DNA from: Selaginella moellendorffii
Lineage: Eukaryota > Plantae > Lycopodiophyta
NCBI RefSeq assembly: GCF_000143415.4
Contig: NW_003314308.1
Location: 1,399,350-1,463,349 of the forward strand
Reading direction: 5' to 3'
Length of the DNA: 64,000 nt
Both the position numbers and the translations under genes were made by a program. Of the stretch, positions 39,040 to 52,210 are shown in pieces; within the stretch, counting starts at the first letter, position 1; each line of letters begins with the position of its first letter. The notes beneath the pieces were generated by a model that was given only the letters and a program-made list of their open reading frames with translations, was not told the origin of the DNA and searched no databases.

Positions 39040-39625
39040 TCAGGGCTGCTGCTGATGTTGGTGTAGAGGAGAAGGATTGAGCACCGAAGCTGGATCGGAG
39101 AGAAGATGGTGGTGGTGGTGGTGGTGCTGCATATCATGAGGCGGCGGAGGAGGCGGAGCAGCAGCGCCACCAGCAGCACCGCTACCTGGACCGGGTGGAA
39201 CGTTGGCACCACCAATAGATGAGGAGGAGGGACTGCCGAGAGACGACCTCTTTCCAAACGTATGCTTGTTGTTGTGCATCCACACCTTGAGGACGTGCCG
39301 CTTGACCCCGACCTCGGCACAAAAGTGCTGCACCGCCGCCTCGTCATGCTTCTGGATCCTCCACCCCACCTTCTCCGCAAACATGTACATCTTCTCCTTC
39401 TGGTCCATGCTGAACTTGGTCCGGAACCGCTTCTTCATACTCAGTGGCGACATGTCGTGGTGATCGCCCTCGCCCCGGCTGCTCAGCGCCAACAGGCTCA
39501 TGGGGGCGTTGCCTGTTCGTGGCCCCAGCGACGCCGCCGAGGATGCTGCAAGCGGCAAGGCGGAAGCAGTAGCAGCAGCAGTATTGCAAGTGGTCTGTAG
39601 TGCGCTTGGAGTGTGGCCACCACCT

Positions 39626-39660
<35 letters not shown>

Positions 39661-40188
39661 GAGAACACCAGCAGCGATGGCGGCGGCCTTGCGGTTGCGT
39701 TCTCTCCTGTTCATGTGGCAAATGTCGCAGACGAGGGGCTCGCCTTCCACCTCGCGCTTGTGGAAGTTGCGGTGGCAGTCGCAAGCGGCGCACTTGAGAG
39801 CCTCCATGGTGCCTTCCTCGCCGCAGGGCATGAATTCGCCGCACCCGTCCAGCGAATGGCCGCCGATGCTGGCCGCGTGGTTCTTGAGACACTCGCGGTA
39901 GTGTACCGTCTTGGATTTGGCGCCGCCGGCGCCGCCGCTGCTCTTCCCAGGCGGCACCATCACCAAGCTGCCGATTTGCTGCTTGCCATCGTCTCCTTCT
40001 CCTCCTGGCATCCCGTTTGTGGGAGTGCTTGCGAGCCTTCCCACCAGCTTGTCGTGGAGAGGTGGAGGAGGAGGCTGTGGTTCCTGACCTGGCGGCGCTG
40101 CTGCAAATGCAAGAGCGTCACCTCCAGACTCGGCCTTGAAACTGTCGGGCTGCATCGATGCTAGTATCCGCGAGCCACCCAGGAGCAT
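39040..40188 (-). CDS. ZF-HD zinc-finger homeodomain transcription factor, intronless
   Basis: YRECLKNHAASIGGHSLDGCGEFM, CAACDCHRNFHKRE, KKRFRTKFS and VLKVWMHNNK. Start is ATG 40188 or 40155; a CAG/polyQ tract lies near 39626-39660. Confidence 0.96.
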
Positions 40189-43100
40189 GAACACTGCTCG
40201 AGAGAGAAAGAGCGAGCGTTGTTGTGGCCGCGCGGCCCGTGGCGAAGCTAGTTAGGAGCGCTTACTCCTCCCTCGGACTGGAAGCAGCATATATAGCGCA
40301 TCTGTGTGTGGTTGTGTGTAGAATTCCGCACCGCTATTATATTCAGCTGCCGCTACCGCATTTACCCGGTGACGAGCCCTGCCTCTTGTTCTTGCAGCCG
40401 CCACCACGACGTTGGAGATCTGCTTGGTTCATCACCACCACCCTCTCGGATCCGGATTGGCGGCTGCTGCTGCTGAAACACCACGATTCCTCCGTCGCCG
40501 CTGCTGCTGCTCCAACACCGCACTGGATGCCTGCTCCATAAAAACCCCATTCATGAATCAGTTAGTGCCCGGCTTTCTAAAGAAATCTCCCTCTCTCTTC
40601 CTCGAGCCCTCTAGAGCTCTCCCTCTCTTCTCTTCTAGCGCGTTGATCCTCTTGACACATTCTTATACTTGGAGGAAAAGGAAGGAAAACTACAACAGGA
40701 AACTGTGGCCGGGGTAAAAGGAAGAACCTTTTGCTTCTACCTAAGCTAATGAACATATTGATCGATCATCATCATCAAGAGATTCATGGGAAGCGTGATC
40801 AAGGAGAAGTTACCGACCTAGTAGCAATGCAGCAGCCGTAGCAGCAACAGCGGTCGAGAGGAAGATAGAGAGCGAGAAAGAGATGGATGAAGCAGCTGCT
40901 TCGAGAGAAAGAGAGAGAGATGGGGAGGATGATTTCAAGAGAGATTAGAGCTGGAGATGAGAGGCGAAGAGGAAAAGAAGTGATTTGAGGATGAAGACAG
41001 CCTGCTGCTGGCCATGGGCTGCTGCTGATGCAACAACAACAATGACCACTCCTCGTTGTTTCGTCGGAGCACAAATCCAAAAGATGCTTCTTTTGTTCCC
41101 GTGTGTCAAAGATAAAAAGGAAAAAGAAAGAAAACATAAACCAAGCTTTTTTACCGCGCCATGTGTACATTCATCGGACAGCCGAGTTGCTCGCTTCAAG
41201 CATTGCCATGAGAGAGAGAGAAAAAAAAAGGAAAAGAAAGCAAGCAGACGAAATGATCCCTCCTCCTGACTCACGGGAGAGAGAAACACTGGTAGTAGTA
41301 CCACAGACATTTAAACAAGGTTACTTAGCTGCGTCAAAACCATAATTGGTCGCCATGATAAAGCCATGGCAAGCAAGCTCCATACCATGGGTGTCCGGAG
41401 CTCGATTCCAACTCGCCGCCCCACCAAAAAATACCGTTAGCATGGAAATCACTCCCCACATTTTCTATACAGTTTGGCATTATTGTTCTGGCTTCATGTC
41501 GAGCTCGTTTAGTTGCAACATAACGTACTCAAACCGCAAAAACAACCCTTGGCTAGCTTGGTGTGTGAGGCCAGTCAAAGATTAAAGACCCAAGGCAAGG
41601 TCTGTAGAGTCAACTCCTGGAGATGGTATACAGAGTATGTAACGCGTCGAGCTCTTTGATTTTTTGTTGTAAAAGAAGAAACTTGTGGAAGAATTACATG
41701 TAGTTGTAGTAGTAAGAGAAAGGAGTTGGGCTTTTAGTCCGTCCGTGGGCGCGCGTACAACGTTCCTCTCGTGGGTCCCGGGCGCCCCGTGAGCTTCTGC
41801 CAAGCCAAAGCCACCCCACCACCAGCTTTGCATTTGCATTTACATTTACATTTGTCAAAGAGCAAAACAAGCGCAAAATCACAACACTGATCAATCATGG
41901 CATTCATGAATGGAACTTCGCTCTTTTGCTGTTATAAAAAGTTGGTGGCCTATTTAATGAGGGGCTTGACATGCCATGGCATGGTATATACAAGATACAG
42001 AGCATGGATTCCAGCAGCTAGTGGTCCATTCCATTCCAGAAAGGGCGAAGAAAGGATCACAGGGTCTCCCCTCCTCTCAACTTGTGCTGAACATTTTCTT
42101 AAATGCTGGGTGAGTAAGCCTGTGAGTAAGTGAGTGATCTGCACGATTCAGGAGGCAGCAGCAGCAGCAAGCAGGGCAGCAGCAGCACTTTTGCTTCTTT
42201 GCTGATTTGATTTGAAATGATGATGATGGAGTGACACCATATATATATATGTATATATATATGTATACTAGTAGCCATGGAGGAAGTGCTTGTTTGTGGA
42301 CCCCTCTTCCTGAATCACTGCCCGTCCCGTTTCTATCATCACTCGTTGGAAGCAAAAGCATTTGAATTGAAGCGAGAGTCTATGTGTATGTGTGTGTCAT
42401 TCCACTGAGAGCAGCTGCCCTTTATAAGTTTTTGGGGAGACTTGCTGGGGACTTGCTTTCTGCTGCTGCTGCTGCTGCTGCTGTTGCTGGGCTGCTGAGC
42501 ACTGCTGATGCTGTGTTGGCGGTGTCGGTGTCTGTATGTGTGCTGTGCGGTGTGGTTTGTTGTTGCTATGCTTTCATAAATCACGGGTAAGAAAACAAAC
42601 AAGCAATCCGCCCTGCAACAACTGCTGCAACAGCAACAGCTGCTCCTCTATGTAAAGTGCACCTCTATTACAGCTCCTCTTTACATTCCAACCAAAGAGT
42701 GGAGAAAAGAGTGTATAATTGTATGCATGGCACTGCATGGCAGGCATCACACCATACAAACAAACAAACCATCGATTTATCTCATCACGGGGTCCTCTCG
42801 CCTAGTAATTATCCATGATCCACTACAAACAACGACACAAACAAGAGCAAGATATCATCTTATAAGCCAAGCTTTAAATTAATTTAGTCCACCTTCGTCT
42901 GTCTTCTCTCTCTCCGATTGTTTGACCGCATTTACTAGTGTTCCTAGTGTCTGTGAGCTAGTGTCTGCGAGCGACTTCACTTTATAAATTTTTTTCTAGA
43001 ACCCAGCAAGGTACATAGAATATTCTGGCCCTTGAGGCCAGTGCCAAGGATGGATCATGGATGGATGGAGGGAGCTCTTAGAAACTGTACCGCAACCAAG

Positions 43101-43582
43101 TAGCCGAGAAGGAATGATATGATGACCCGCAAGAACTCAAGCGTGGTGTGTTGGCCACTGGCTAGCTAGCTAGGCTAGCTAACTTATTCTTTAAACTTGA
43201 AAGTGGAAATGGATCGATCGAGATGGATGCATGGATGAGTGGATGGATGGATGAATGGATCGAGAGAGATCGATGGCTGCAAGATCCAAGCAAGTGAGCT
43301 ATACATAAGCTACGCGTACAAACAAACCACCAAAAACGATCAAAGCGTATTGCACGCGACCTGGTGTTATGACAGAGGTGGTGGTACCGTCAGGACGCCG
43401 TATGGCTCGACCGATAAGTACCGGACGGACGGAGGAGACTGAGCAAGCACAGGCAGCCCCCGGCGCGTGAGGCCGGACGGACTACGACACTCGTCGATTC
43501 GGTCCGTGAGACAAGCTCCCTCCCAAAAAGCATTTGTATTTACCTTTCTTTCCTTGGTGAGCATGGCGCACTAGGATCATTG

Positions 43583-45648
43583 CTATTGCCTCCGTGACCG
43601 CCGGTCGTATGGATCGATCCAGCATTTGTCGTCCTTCACAGCTGCCGTCCACCTCTTCTTGAACAGCCTCATTTCAGCCTGGGCACGCCTTCTTATCTGA
43701 AACAAGCAAACGCCCCGAGTAAGTGGCGGAAAGGTAGGCAAGACAAGATTTTTCTTGCACTGCTGCACAGACTCACCTCCTTTCTTGCGTCAACTCCCGA
43801 CCCAGCAGCCGGCTGCACGACGAAGTACCACGGTCAGCCACAAAAGCAGCGGCGATTCTAAAAGGGAGCGGGCGGGCGACTTACCGGAGGAGTATGGTCG
43901 TCGGCGGAGTTCTGCATGAACCAGGTGAGGTTAGACAGACTTTAATACCAGATTCTGACCTTGTTTATGGGGATGACTCCACCACCGAGCGATGGAATGC
44001 CGCGGTGTATGAGATACTGAGTGTCGACAACGCCAACATTCCTAGTTGGATCGCCCTGGAAAACGCTCTTGAGAATCACAAACAACCACATTTACTGCGA
44101 CAGACCTCCGCACAGTAGCCGAGCTTCATATCCATGCCCCATCCATGAACGAGGTCGTTCTAGAGGAGCACAACATTTTCGGAATCAAAATTACTCTCTG
44201 GTCCCCCACGAAATTAAATGGCCAGCTGAGGTACCTGAATGAGATGCCAGGCACATCGCCATGCAGAACGACTAAACACGGGAGCCATCATCTCCACCCA
44301 CCTACATAAACAGCGGACGAATAAAGAAAGTTTATACCAGCAGCTCTCTTACAACGACAGTACCCTGTACATGGAGGTTGTGTACTGTTGTTGCCACAAT
44401 ACTCTCTTCCTCGATTCATGTAGATCCTCCTGGAAACAAGTGAGAAGGCGTGAGTTTTCCACACACCAAGTTCCTGTCCAAATACTCACCGGTGGACCCT
44501 CGTCTTCTTGTTCCGGATAGTGATTCGATGATGGACTTCGGACGAAAGGGATGGATCCAAGGCCGGTTGCGATATCTGCAGCCCTTCTTTCCTCACGATT
44601 TCGAGGTATCTGGAAGCAAACAAACTCATCACTTGTCTTGAAATCCAAAAGCAAATAATAATCTAGCGAGAAACCTGTCTGCTCGGAAGTGATCCACTCC
44701 AAGGTCTTCATCCCACACAAAAATAAACTCGTACGCCGAAACAACATCTGGATGCATGAACCGTTTGGCAAACCACCTGAGCCAAGCAGCACACAAAAAC
44801 ATATTCAAAACAAGAAAGAGTGACTGTGAGCGACAATTGCAAACGAACCACTTTGTCTGGTTGATGGCCACAATATGGATGGCACTGCCGAACCAGGGAA
44901 GATCGCTCCAACGATCTACGACACCGTCGTAATGGAACAGCATTATCGTGAAGTTCGTCACCGGAAACTAGAATTCCAAAATAAAAGGTATGGTTCGCTT
45001 TGAGCATAAGAAGCCAAGGAACGTACTTTTCGAACGATTTGATCCACGCCTCGTTTCTGCTGGATTCCAGCTGCGATTGCTAACAAGCTTTTTTGCAAGG
45101 CCTAGGCAGTCACAAAAAAGAAAGGTACAGTGTTTCATAAAGCAATAGCTTGCTACCTTTTTCTTGGACGATCTCCACAGTGGTTTTAGTTCCATGTCCG
45201 ACGCTGCCTCTACAATTCCGCGTGGTAGCGCCTCGCTCCCTCGCGGACATCTCTTGCTCTGTAAGGTAAGGCACGCTCCAGCGGGCTGAGAATAAAGGAA
45301 AATATTTGATACGTACTCGGCATGCGATCGAGCTGGAGACAAACATGAGCGTGGAGCCATCCCAAATGCCATTGATCTGTAGCCAAAAAGATAAGCAAAA
45401 ACGCGATTTGGTCGACGATCAGAGCTTTGCTTACGTTGGTGTATTGGTCGCTGACGAGCAAACTACAGAGAAAGAGTGTGATCATGACGAAGGAAACAGT
45501 GACCAAGACCGTTCTCGGCTTCCAGACTCTGGCGATGGACTTGGCGCAAGCATCCGGCTCGACCTTCTGGCGATCGATCAATCCAAATGCGAGCACATCA
45601 GCGATCCGCTAAGAAAAGAAAAAAGAAAGAAAGTATAGGTCTTGCCAT
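43583..45648 (-). CDS. DUF707 family type II membrane protein, multi-exon (start uncertain)
   Basis: PRGSEALPRGIV..SDMELKPLW, NFTIMLFHYDG, KRFMHPDVVSAYEFIFVWDEDLGV and RRRAQAEMRLFKKRW..WIDPY. Confidence 0.9.
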
Positions 45649-46013
45649 TGCCGCGCCTGGATCGCTCCCCGGATGGATGTAGCAGCAAGAATCCAACGAT
45701 TAGGGGTCGCGCGAGAGGAGCACACAGCACTGTTGCTGGGCGGTGACCTATCAAGAAGAAAGAAGAAAGAGGAATAAAAGAAAAGAAGCTCCGCCTACTT
45801 CAAGACCACCCTCTCACGGCACTTGATCGTCCGTGTCACACACACATACACACATTTTTGCTTTCTTTCTCTCTTCTCTCTCCTTTCTGCTGGCCCGCCC
45901 TGCCACGCTGGACGCCAGCTCGGACGCCTAATTTGGGCGCGCTGACTGGATCGCGATCTAGCTCAAGTGGAGTGAGAGATGGGCAATGTCGTGTGATTCG
46001 TGGGCGAGCCGCG

Positions 46014-47261
46014 ATGGAAGGCAGCGGCGACAGTGGCAGATCTTGGATGGTGCGGGGTTTGCTGGTATTGGGAGGGGTGGCGGCGGCAGCTATGGCGTGG
46101 CGGCGAGGAATGTGGTGGCGGAGCCGGTCGCGCGTCGTTGGGATCATTCCCGCGCGCTATGCTTCCTCGCGCTTCCAAGGCAAGCCCTTGGCTCTCATAC
46201 TTGGCAAGCCCATGATCCAGGTGAGAGCCTTTAGTTAGATGGATTTGATCTCATGATGCGTGAGGTGATAGAGGACCTGGGAACAAGCCAGGCTCGCGAA
46301 GACTCTCGACGCTCTAGGTAGGCAGAAGAGAAACAATGCTTGCAATGCAATTTACTTCTCCTCTCGTGTCCATAGTTGTGGCCACCGACGACGAAAGGAT
46401 TCGACAATGCTGCGAGGAATTTGGCGCGGAGGTTGTCATGACGTCGGAGAAGTGTCCCAACGGTAGGCCGAGGTCTCTCTTTTGGGTTTGAGGCGATTGA
46501 GCAGTGAAACCTTAGGAACCGAGCGCTGCAACGAGGCTGTCAAGAAGCTCAAGCGCAAGTTCGACATCGTCGTCAACATCCAAGGCGATGAGCCGCTTAT
46601 CGATCCGGATATCATCGACGGGGTGGTGATGGCGTTAAAGGTAGACGCAAAAGAGATGCTTTGCTTTGAATTCATGGCATTCAGCAGGCTTCGCCGGATG
46701 CCATGTGTAGCACCGCAGTCACGTCGTTAAAGCCTCAGGATGCCTCGGACACGAACAGGGTCAAGTGCATTGTGGACAAGCAAGGCTATGCCATATATTT
46801 CTCCCGAGGTTTGCTACCTTTCAACAAGTATGGAAGAGAAGCAAGGATCCTGTACGTCGTCCTGACCTTTTCGTCTTCTCTGTTTCACAGGAAAGGAGTG
46901 GCCAACGACAAGTTTCCTTACTTACTACACCTTGGCATCCAGGTAGCTCTCTCGGTGATGCTGTACTTCCGCGATCTGAATTTCTGTCTGTCTTGCATGG
47001 CAGTGCTATGACGCACACTTTTTGTCCATGTATCCCCTGATTGCGCCAACCGCTCTTCAGCTGGAAGAGGATTTGGAGCAGCTCAAAGTCATTGAGAATG
47101 GCTATAAAATCAAGGTTCGTTTGCTTCCTGTTCTTGTCTCTAGCGGCGCTTCTGTTTCCTTCCTGCAGGTGATCAAGGTGGATCACGATGCACACGGTGT
47201 GGATTCCCCTGGCGACATCGCCAGCATTGAGTCTCTAATGCGGGGGAGGAACATCGCCTAA
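46014..47261 (+). CDS. kdsB: CMP-Kdo synthetase (3-deoxy-manno-octulosonate cytidylyltransferase), multi-exon
   Basis: [50 protein letters not shown] and [12 protein letters not shown]. Confidence 0.96.
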
Positions 47262-48233
47262 AGAGAAGCGATAAAGATTTAGATGACAAACAAAGGTAGC
47301 TATCTCCTTTCCCTGTCCTTTAGGAATACTCCCCACAGAAATCTCTGCTCGTGCGTAATATTGTCTCGCAGGGCAGCCAGCCACCGCCATCCAGGTCAAG
47401 CGTGAAAATGACACCAAACGCTTGTGTGCTTGGACAAGACAAGTTATTGCAGAGCCAGCCAGCCAGCAAAAGTCGTTTGTCCGGCCAGGATAATCGCAGC
47501 AGCAGCATTGCAAGTCGGCGCGCAGGGGAAGAGAAAAGAAAAGAATGATCTGATCCCTGCGTCAGACGATTCATAAGCCCTCTTTGTACTTGCGCAGGCA
47601 GCCGCGCAATCCTCTCTTGCTATTCTCCACGGCTCGCTGCGACTTTGTGGTGACATGAACCTTTGGCGACGCGCCAGCCAGGCAGCGGCCAGCATACAGG
47701 CACACAGTGATAGCAAAGCAGCATGCAGGGATTTTATTCGTCCTCCGCTTTCTCGTCGCTCCCTCCATCTTCTCAGATGATGCAGCGCCACTGGCCATGG
47801 ACGACGAATGTACCGCAAAGACTCTTGAATGCAATGGAGCAGTGGCCCGTGAGGTGATGAGGTGTTGATGGCGATTTATCTGAGCGAGGCGGCCAGCAGC
47901 ACTCGCTCGCATTTTACGAGCATTTTTATCTCTCGGACTTCCCTGTGACTTGTGGCTGGCTGGCTGGCTGTGGCTGGCTGCCTCAAACTGGTAGTCAGAT
48001 AAGATTTTGATCTGTGAGTGAGTGACAGCCAGCTATGTCTGTCTACAAACACGGTGATGCGTGTTGATCCAATCACTTCTCCCATTCATTTCTCTTTCTC
48101 CTTGTCCGGTAGTTGTCTAGCAACAAGCACTAGCGAGCAAAGCATCTGCATTTGCTACTGGGCGGACCGGACGCCACAACTCACGGGTGAGTAGGGCTAG
48201 CGGCGAGCTTGGCAAAGGAACTAGAACACAGGA

Positions 48234-49547
48234 ATGCTGGCCGGGACGAAGAACAAGAGTCGCGAGAGGAAGATGGTGGCACTGGGCTTAGTTCTAGAAT
48301 CGGTGATGTTGCTCAGCATCGCCACGTCGTGCGCCGCCAAGACAGCCGCAGTGGACATCCAAGCGCTGCAGCAGATCAAGTCGTCCATCGACCCATCCAC
48401 GCTGCATTCCTCGTCGTGCCTGGGCAGCTGGGACTTCTCGCACGATCCCTGCGACGCTACCTCATCCACATCCTTCGTCTGCGGCATCCGCTGCGACGAG
48501 GAACTGCAAGAGGAGGGCGCCTCGACCCGGCCTCCAAGGCGAGTGACGAGCATCGTGCTCGACGGCTATGGCTACCGCGGCTTCCTCTCGCCCTTCGTCG
48601 GCAACCTCTCTGCATTGCAGGCGCTGGACGTGTCCGGGAATGCTCTATCCGGGGCGCTGCCGGCGTCGCTGGGGAAGCTGGCACGCCTCCGCCGCCTGGA
48701 CGTGAGCGGCAACGCCTTCTCGGGTGGCATCCCGGAGTCACTGGGCGAGCTACGCTCCCTCGAGCACCTGGGCCTGGCGCGCAATGCGCTGTCCGGCACC
48801 ATCCCGGCCTCGCTTTCCCGCCTCTCGTCCCTGCGCCGTCTCGACCTCTACTCCAATCTCCTGTCGGGCGAGCTCCCCATCGCCATGCCCGCCATGTCCA
48901 GCCTCTTGTACCTCGACGCCAGCAGCAACAGGATCACAGGGTCGTTCCCGGGCCGCTTGCCGCCATCGCTCGTCCGCCTCTCCCTCCGCGACAACCGCCT
49001 GTCGGGACAGCTGCCCTCCAACTTGGGCGACATGGCGGCCCTCGAGGTGCTGGACGTGAGCCGCAACGGGCTGTGGGGCGCCCTCCCCGACTCCATCTTC
49101 CTCCATCCCTCGCTCCAGCAGGTGAATGTGGCGGGCAACGCGTTCCAGTGGATCCAGACGCCCGGCCTGGCGGCGATGCCGCTGGTGGTGCTGGGCAGCA
49201 AGATGGTGGCGCTGGATGCCAGCCACAACAGGCTGCGCGGGCCGCTGCCGCCATTTCTGGCGGAGCTGCCGCGCCTGTCGTCGCTATCGCTCACTGGCAA
49301 CATGCTGGGCGGTACCATCCCGCTCCAGTACGCGATCAAGGCGGTGGAGTCGGCGGTGGGCATCCAGCCACTGCGGCGGCTCTTCCTGGATGGGAATTTG
49401 CTGGTGGGGGCACTCCCGTTTCCCTTCCTCACCTGGTCGCCCTCCGCCACCCTCATTTCTGCAAGCTTTGCTAACAATTGTCTCCATAGCTGCCCACCAA
49501 GCCTCCCCTTCTGTGGAGCTCAAAGGCCGGCCACCCAATGTAGCTAG
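48234..49547 (+). CDS. Secreted LRR protein, intronless
   Basis: Signal peptide, SCLGSWDFSHDPC..FVCGIRC, LRR repeats and an SFANNCL..C cap. Confidence 0.92.
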   Translation: MLAGTKNKSRERKMVALGLVLESVMLLSIATSCAAKTAAVDIQALQQIKSSIDPSTLHSSSCLGSWDFSHDPCDATSSTSFVCGIRCDEELQEEGASTRPPRRVTSIVLDGYGYRGFLSPFVGNLSALQALDVSGNALSGALPASLGKLARLRRLDVSGNAFSGGIPESLGELRSLEHLGLARNALSGTIPASLSRLSSLRRLDLYSNLLSGELPIAMPAMSSLLYLDASSNRITGSFPGRLPPSLVRLSLRDNRLSGQLPSNLGDMAALEVLDVSRNGLWGALPDSIFLHPSLQQVNVAGNAFQWIQTPGLAAMPLVVLGSKMVALDASHNRLRGPLPPFLAELPRLSSLSLTGNMLGGTIPLQYAIKAVESAVGIQPLRRLFLDGNLLVGALPFPFLTWSPSATLISASFANNCLHSCPPSLPFCGAQRPATQCS

Positions 49548-49756
49548 AGCTACCTAGTAGTATACTTTTTTACTTCTTCCAAGTTACCACCACCACCACC
49601 ACCACCCGGCCGCCACCACTGCGCCACCACCGTCGCCACCGTGGATGTTGTAATTTTTCTAACAGGAATCGAACACCTCTCCTGTGTCGCGGCTACCTAC
49701 GATATAGTGTAGTCTTGTCGGTGGTGGACGTCCGTCGCGCGCGGAGAGATCCATTC

Positions 49757-50493
49757 ATGGCGCTTGCATCACCTGCATTGGCGCTTCCCCTGCTGCTGCT
49801 CGCTTCTTCGTTGGCGCTGCTGAGAGTTCGCTCGGACGGTAAGTTCTTCCTGTCAAGCTCTAGATCTGCTCGCTACTTCTTGCAATACGCCCTCTTTCTA
49901 CCGCTAGAAGAGCTCAAACTTGGGTGTTTTGGTCTCATGCCTCCTGGATGATATGGATGATCGCGTAATGCGCAGATGCGGTGGAGAGCCAGCTTCTCAA
50001 CGACATCAACATGTACCGGAGCAACTTGGGGGCGCCTCTCCTGTCGCCCAACCCGGGAGCTTCGTGTCTGGCGGACAAGTTGGCTGACCACTTCCAGCAC
50101 ACGCCATGCGACAACGTAACCGAGGCACAGACATCCCCGGGCCTCACGCCCGATTTCCCCGACTACCCCTCCATGCTCGCTGACTGCCGCCTCGACCTCG
50201 CCAACACCACCGGAGGCCAGGTCCTCGTCGACTGCATCCCCGCCTCCTCTGACGCTGCCGGCACGGCCTTCCAAAACTTCACGCGCTCGCAAGAGTACCA
50301 GAGGTTCATCAACTCGTCCGAGTTTTCCTCCATTGGAATCGCCAACGAAGACGCCTGGTTCGTTCTAGTTCTGGGAACCAAGGCTAGCAACGCCAATTTC
50401 AACCAGTCATCGGCGGCCGCAGCAGGAGCACAGCTACTGTCGATCGTGCCGATTATTGCCGTGGTTGGGGCAGCTCTCCTGTCTCTCTCGTGA
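49757..50493 (+). CDS. Uncharacterised plant GPI-anchored protein, 2 exons
   Basis: Signal peptide exon, then LLNDINMYR..L, NPGASCLAD.LA and GIANEDAWFVLVL, with a hydrophobic C-terminal GPI signal. Confidence 0.85.
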
Positions 50494-50692
50494 TTGGAAT
50501 ACACTCGTCCAATCTTGTTATTGTAATCTAAGCTATAGAGCGAGCGTAGAAGACGGTTAGTGATTCTGGTGATGACGAAAGAACGAACCTGTTTAGCTTT
50601 TAGTGTTGTTTGGTGATCCATCGCCACCTTTCTCAGGGTGGTGGAACATCTTGCCGTGTGTTTGTTTATACCTGCCGGAATAGACCGATGTA

Positions 50693-51300
50693 TCAGCTGC
50701 CAGAGACGCTGATGTGGTTGTTGCTGTTGTCTTTGCTGCTGCTGGTGCTAGATTTGATCTTCTTGTGGGGCACTCCAAGCCCTGTAGTAGCTGTGGCTGA
50801 TGGCGGAGTCGTCGCACAAGCAGCAATGGCCAGAGCTGTCTCAACCGCGCTCATGTTGTTGCTGTTGGTGTTGGTGGCGGTGTAGCTTTGTCTTTGTCGT
50901 TGGTGATGATCCTCCGCCACCATCAACTTGGACCGGGTGCCATAGAAGCTCTCGAGTAGATCAATCAGCCGGGTGTCAAACAGGGCGGGCAGCTTGTTTT
51001 GCTTCTTCTGCTCCTTGGTGAGGCATGTGTAGGGAGTTGCCTTGACGCTGCGGTGCCATTCTTTGATCGTCTTGAAGTCGGACAGCAGATTGTCCCACTT
51101 CCCCCTGCACTGGTCCAGGTCCCGGTCCATGATCCCATTTTCCCGCAGAAACTCCACCACCTTGACCCATTTGTCCACCGCGCTCTCGAACTTGCTGCTC
51201 TTGCTGCTCTCGGTCCTCTCCCACTCGTCCTTTTTGGCTTGCACCAGCAGCAGCACCTCGTGAATGTTCCAGTTCCTCGATCGCTTGCGCTTCTCGGCTG
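50693..51300 (-). CDS. Trihelix (Myb/SANT-like) DNA-binding ORF; start exon unresolved
   Basis: RSRNWNIHEVLLLVQAK, KWVKV, RDLDQCRGKWDNLLSDFK and LTKEQKKQNKLP. Confidence 0.8.
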
Positions 51301-51396
51301 CTGCAAACAACGGTGTAAGCACCACAAGCCAAATCCTCAACAGCTCACCTCCACAACTTATTTACGTGTTCATGAGTGACTAGGGAGAGAGTTTCA

Positions 51397-52097
51397 CTAC
51401 TTAGCGCTACTAAAATGTTGCCAGTCTAGCAGTGGTAGAATTTCTAGCAAGTATATTAGAGCCGCTGCAAGCAGCAAGCCCAAAGCAAGAGCTGTCAAGA
51501 CCTTGCCAATGTACTCACTTGAGAATTCTGGCCTGGAGCCTCGGGGAACTTTGCCTCCGGGATAAAACTCGGCAATCAAGTCGTGCATCTGTTGGTAGCA
51601 GCTTAAGTGCGCAAGTTAAGAAGCCAAAGGGAAAACGAAGAAGAAGTTTGGACTTACTTTGGCATGTTGCGGGACAGGATTGTCATCGAGTGCGCTTTTA
51701 GTGTCTTGAGCGGCATCTATCTCCTTGTGCCCTGGATCTATTCGAGCTTGTTAGTTTTGTCAAGGAAGGAGCGGTAACTGACCTTGGACAAGTTTTAGTT
51801 TCCAGTTATCGCCATAGACGACGAGCTCCGCGTCGGGGCCAAACTCCACGGGCTCTTCGTTCTCCTTGAACGCCGCAATGCAAAGGATGTGGTGCGCAGC
51901 TTCGCCTAGCTTGCTTCGAATTCGCCGCACGGCAAATCCCGCCTTGGTCCCAGCAGCAAATCGCCATGTCTGCCCGTTTGACCCAAACACCTCGACGTAC
52001 TGCCAATGCCAAGCAAACGGCGATGACTTGATGAATATAGAGAGATGATTACCGCCGGCGATCCTCCTCCGGATGAAGTGGTGGTGTGCTCGGGCAT
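51397..52097 (-). CDS. Conserved plant protein of unknown function with C-terminal TM helix, 4 exons
   Basis: RFAAGTKAGFAV..KENEEPVEFGP..LVVYGDNWKL and C-terminal YIGKVLTALALGLLL..LE.LP. Splice phases are consistent. Confidence 0.8.
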
Positions 52098-52210
52098 CCC
52101 TTGGTGTTCTAAGACGGAACCCAAAAATTTGCTACCTAGTTGGGGGCCCTAAAAAGGAGTAAAAGGAGTTAGACGAATATTCTAGCCTTTAACCGCGCTG
52201 ATATTCAACC

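Noticed and set aside
42930-43270. CTAGTGT and GGAT short repeats as a CRISPR-like array
   Set aside because: Simple tandem microsatellites without unique regular spacers, in a eukaryotic context.
47440-47912. DVL/ROT4-like small peptide (RKYKEGL..RR..MLL)
   Set aside because: In-frame stops and only weak resemblance. The 113-aa ORF is unsupported.
47372-47982. Inverted CAGC/GCTG repeats as MITE ends
   Set aside because: Low-complexity microsatellite with no TSD seen.
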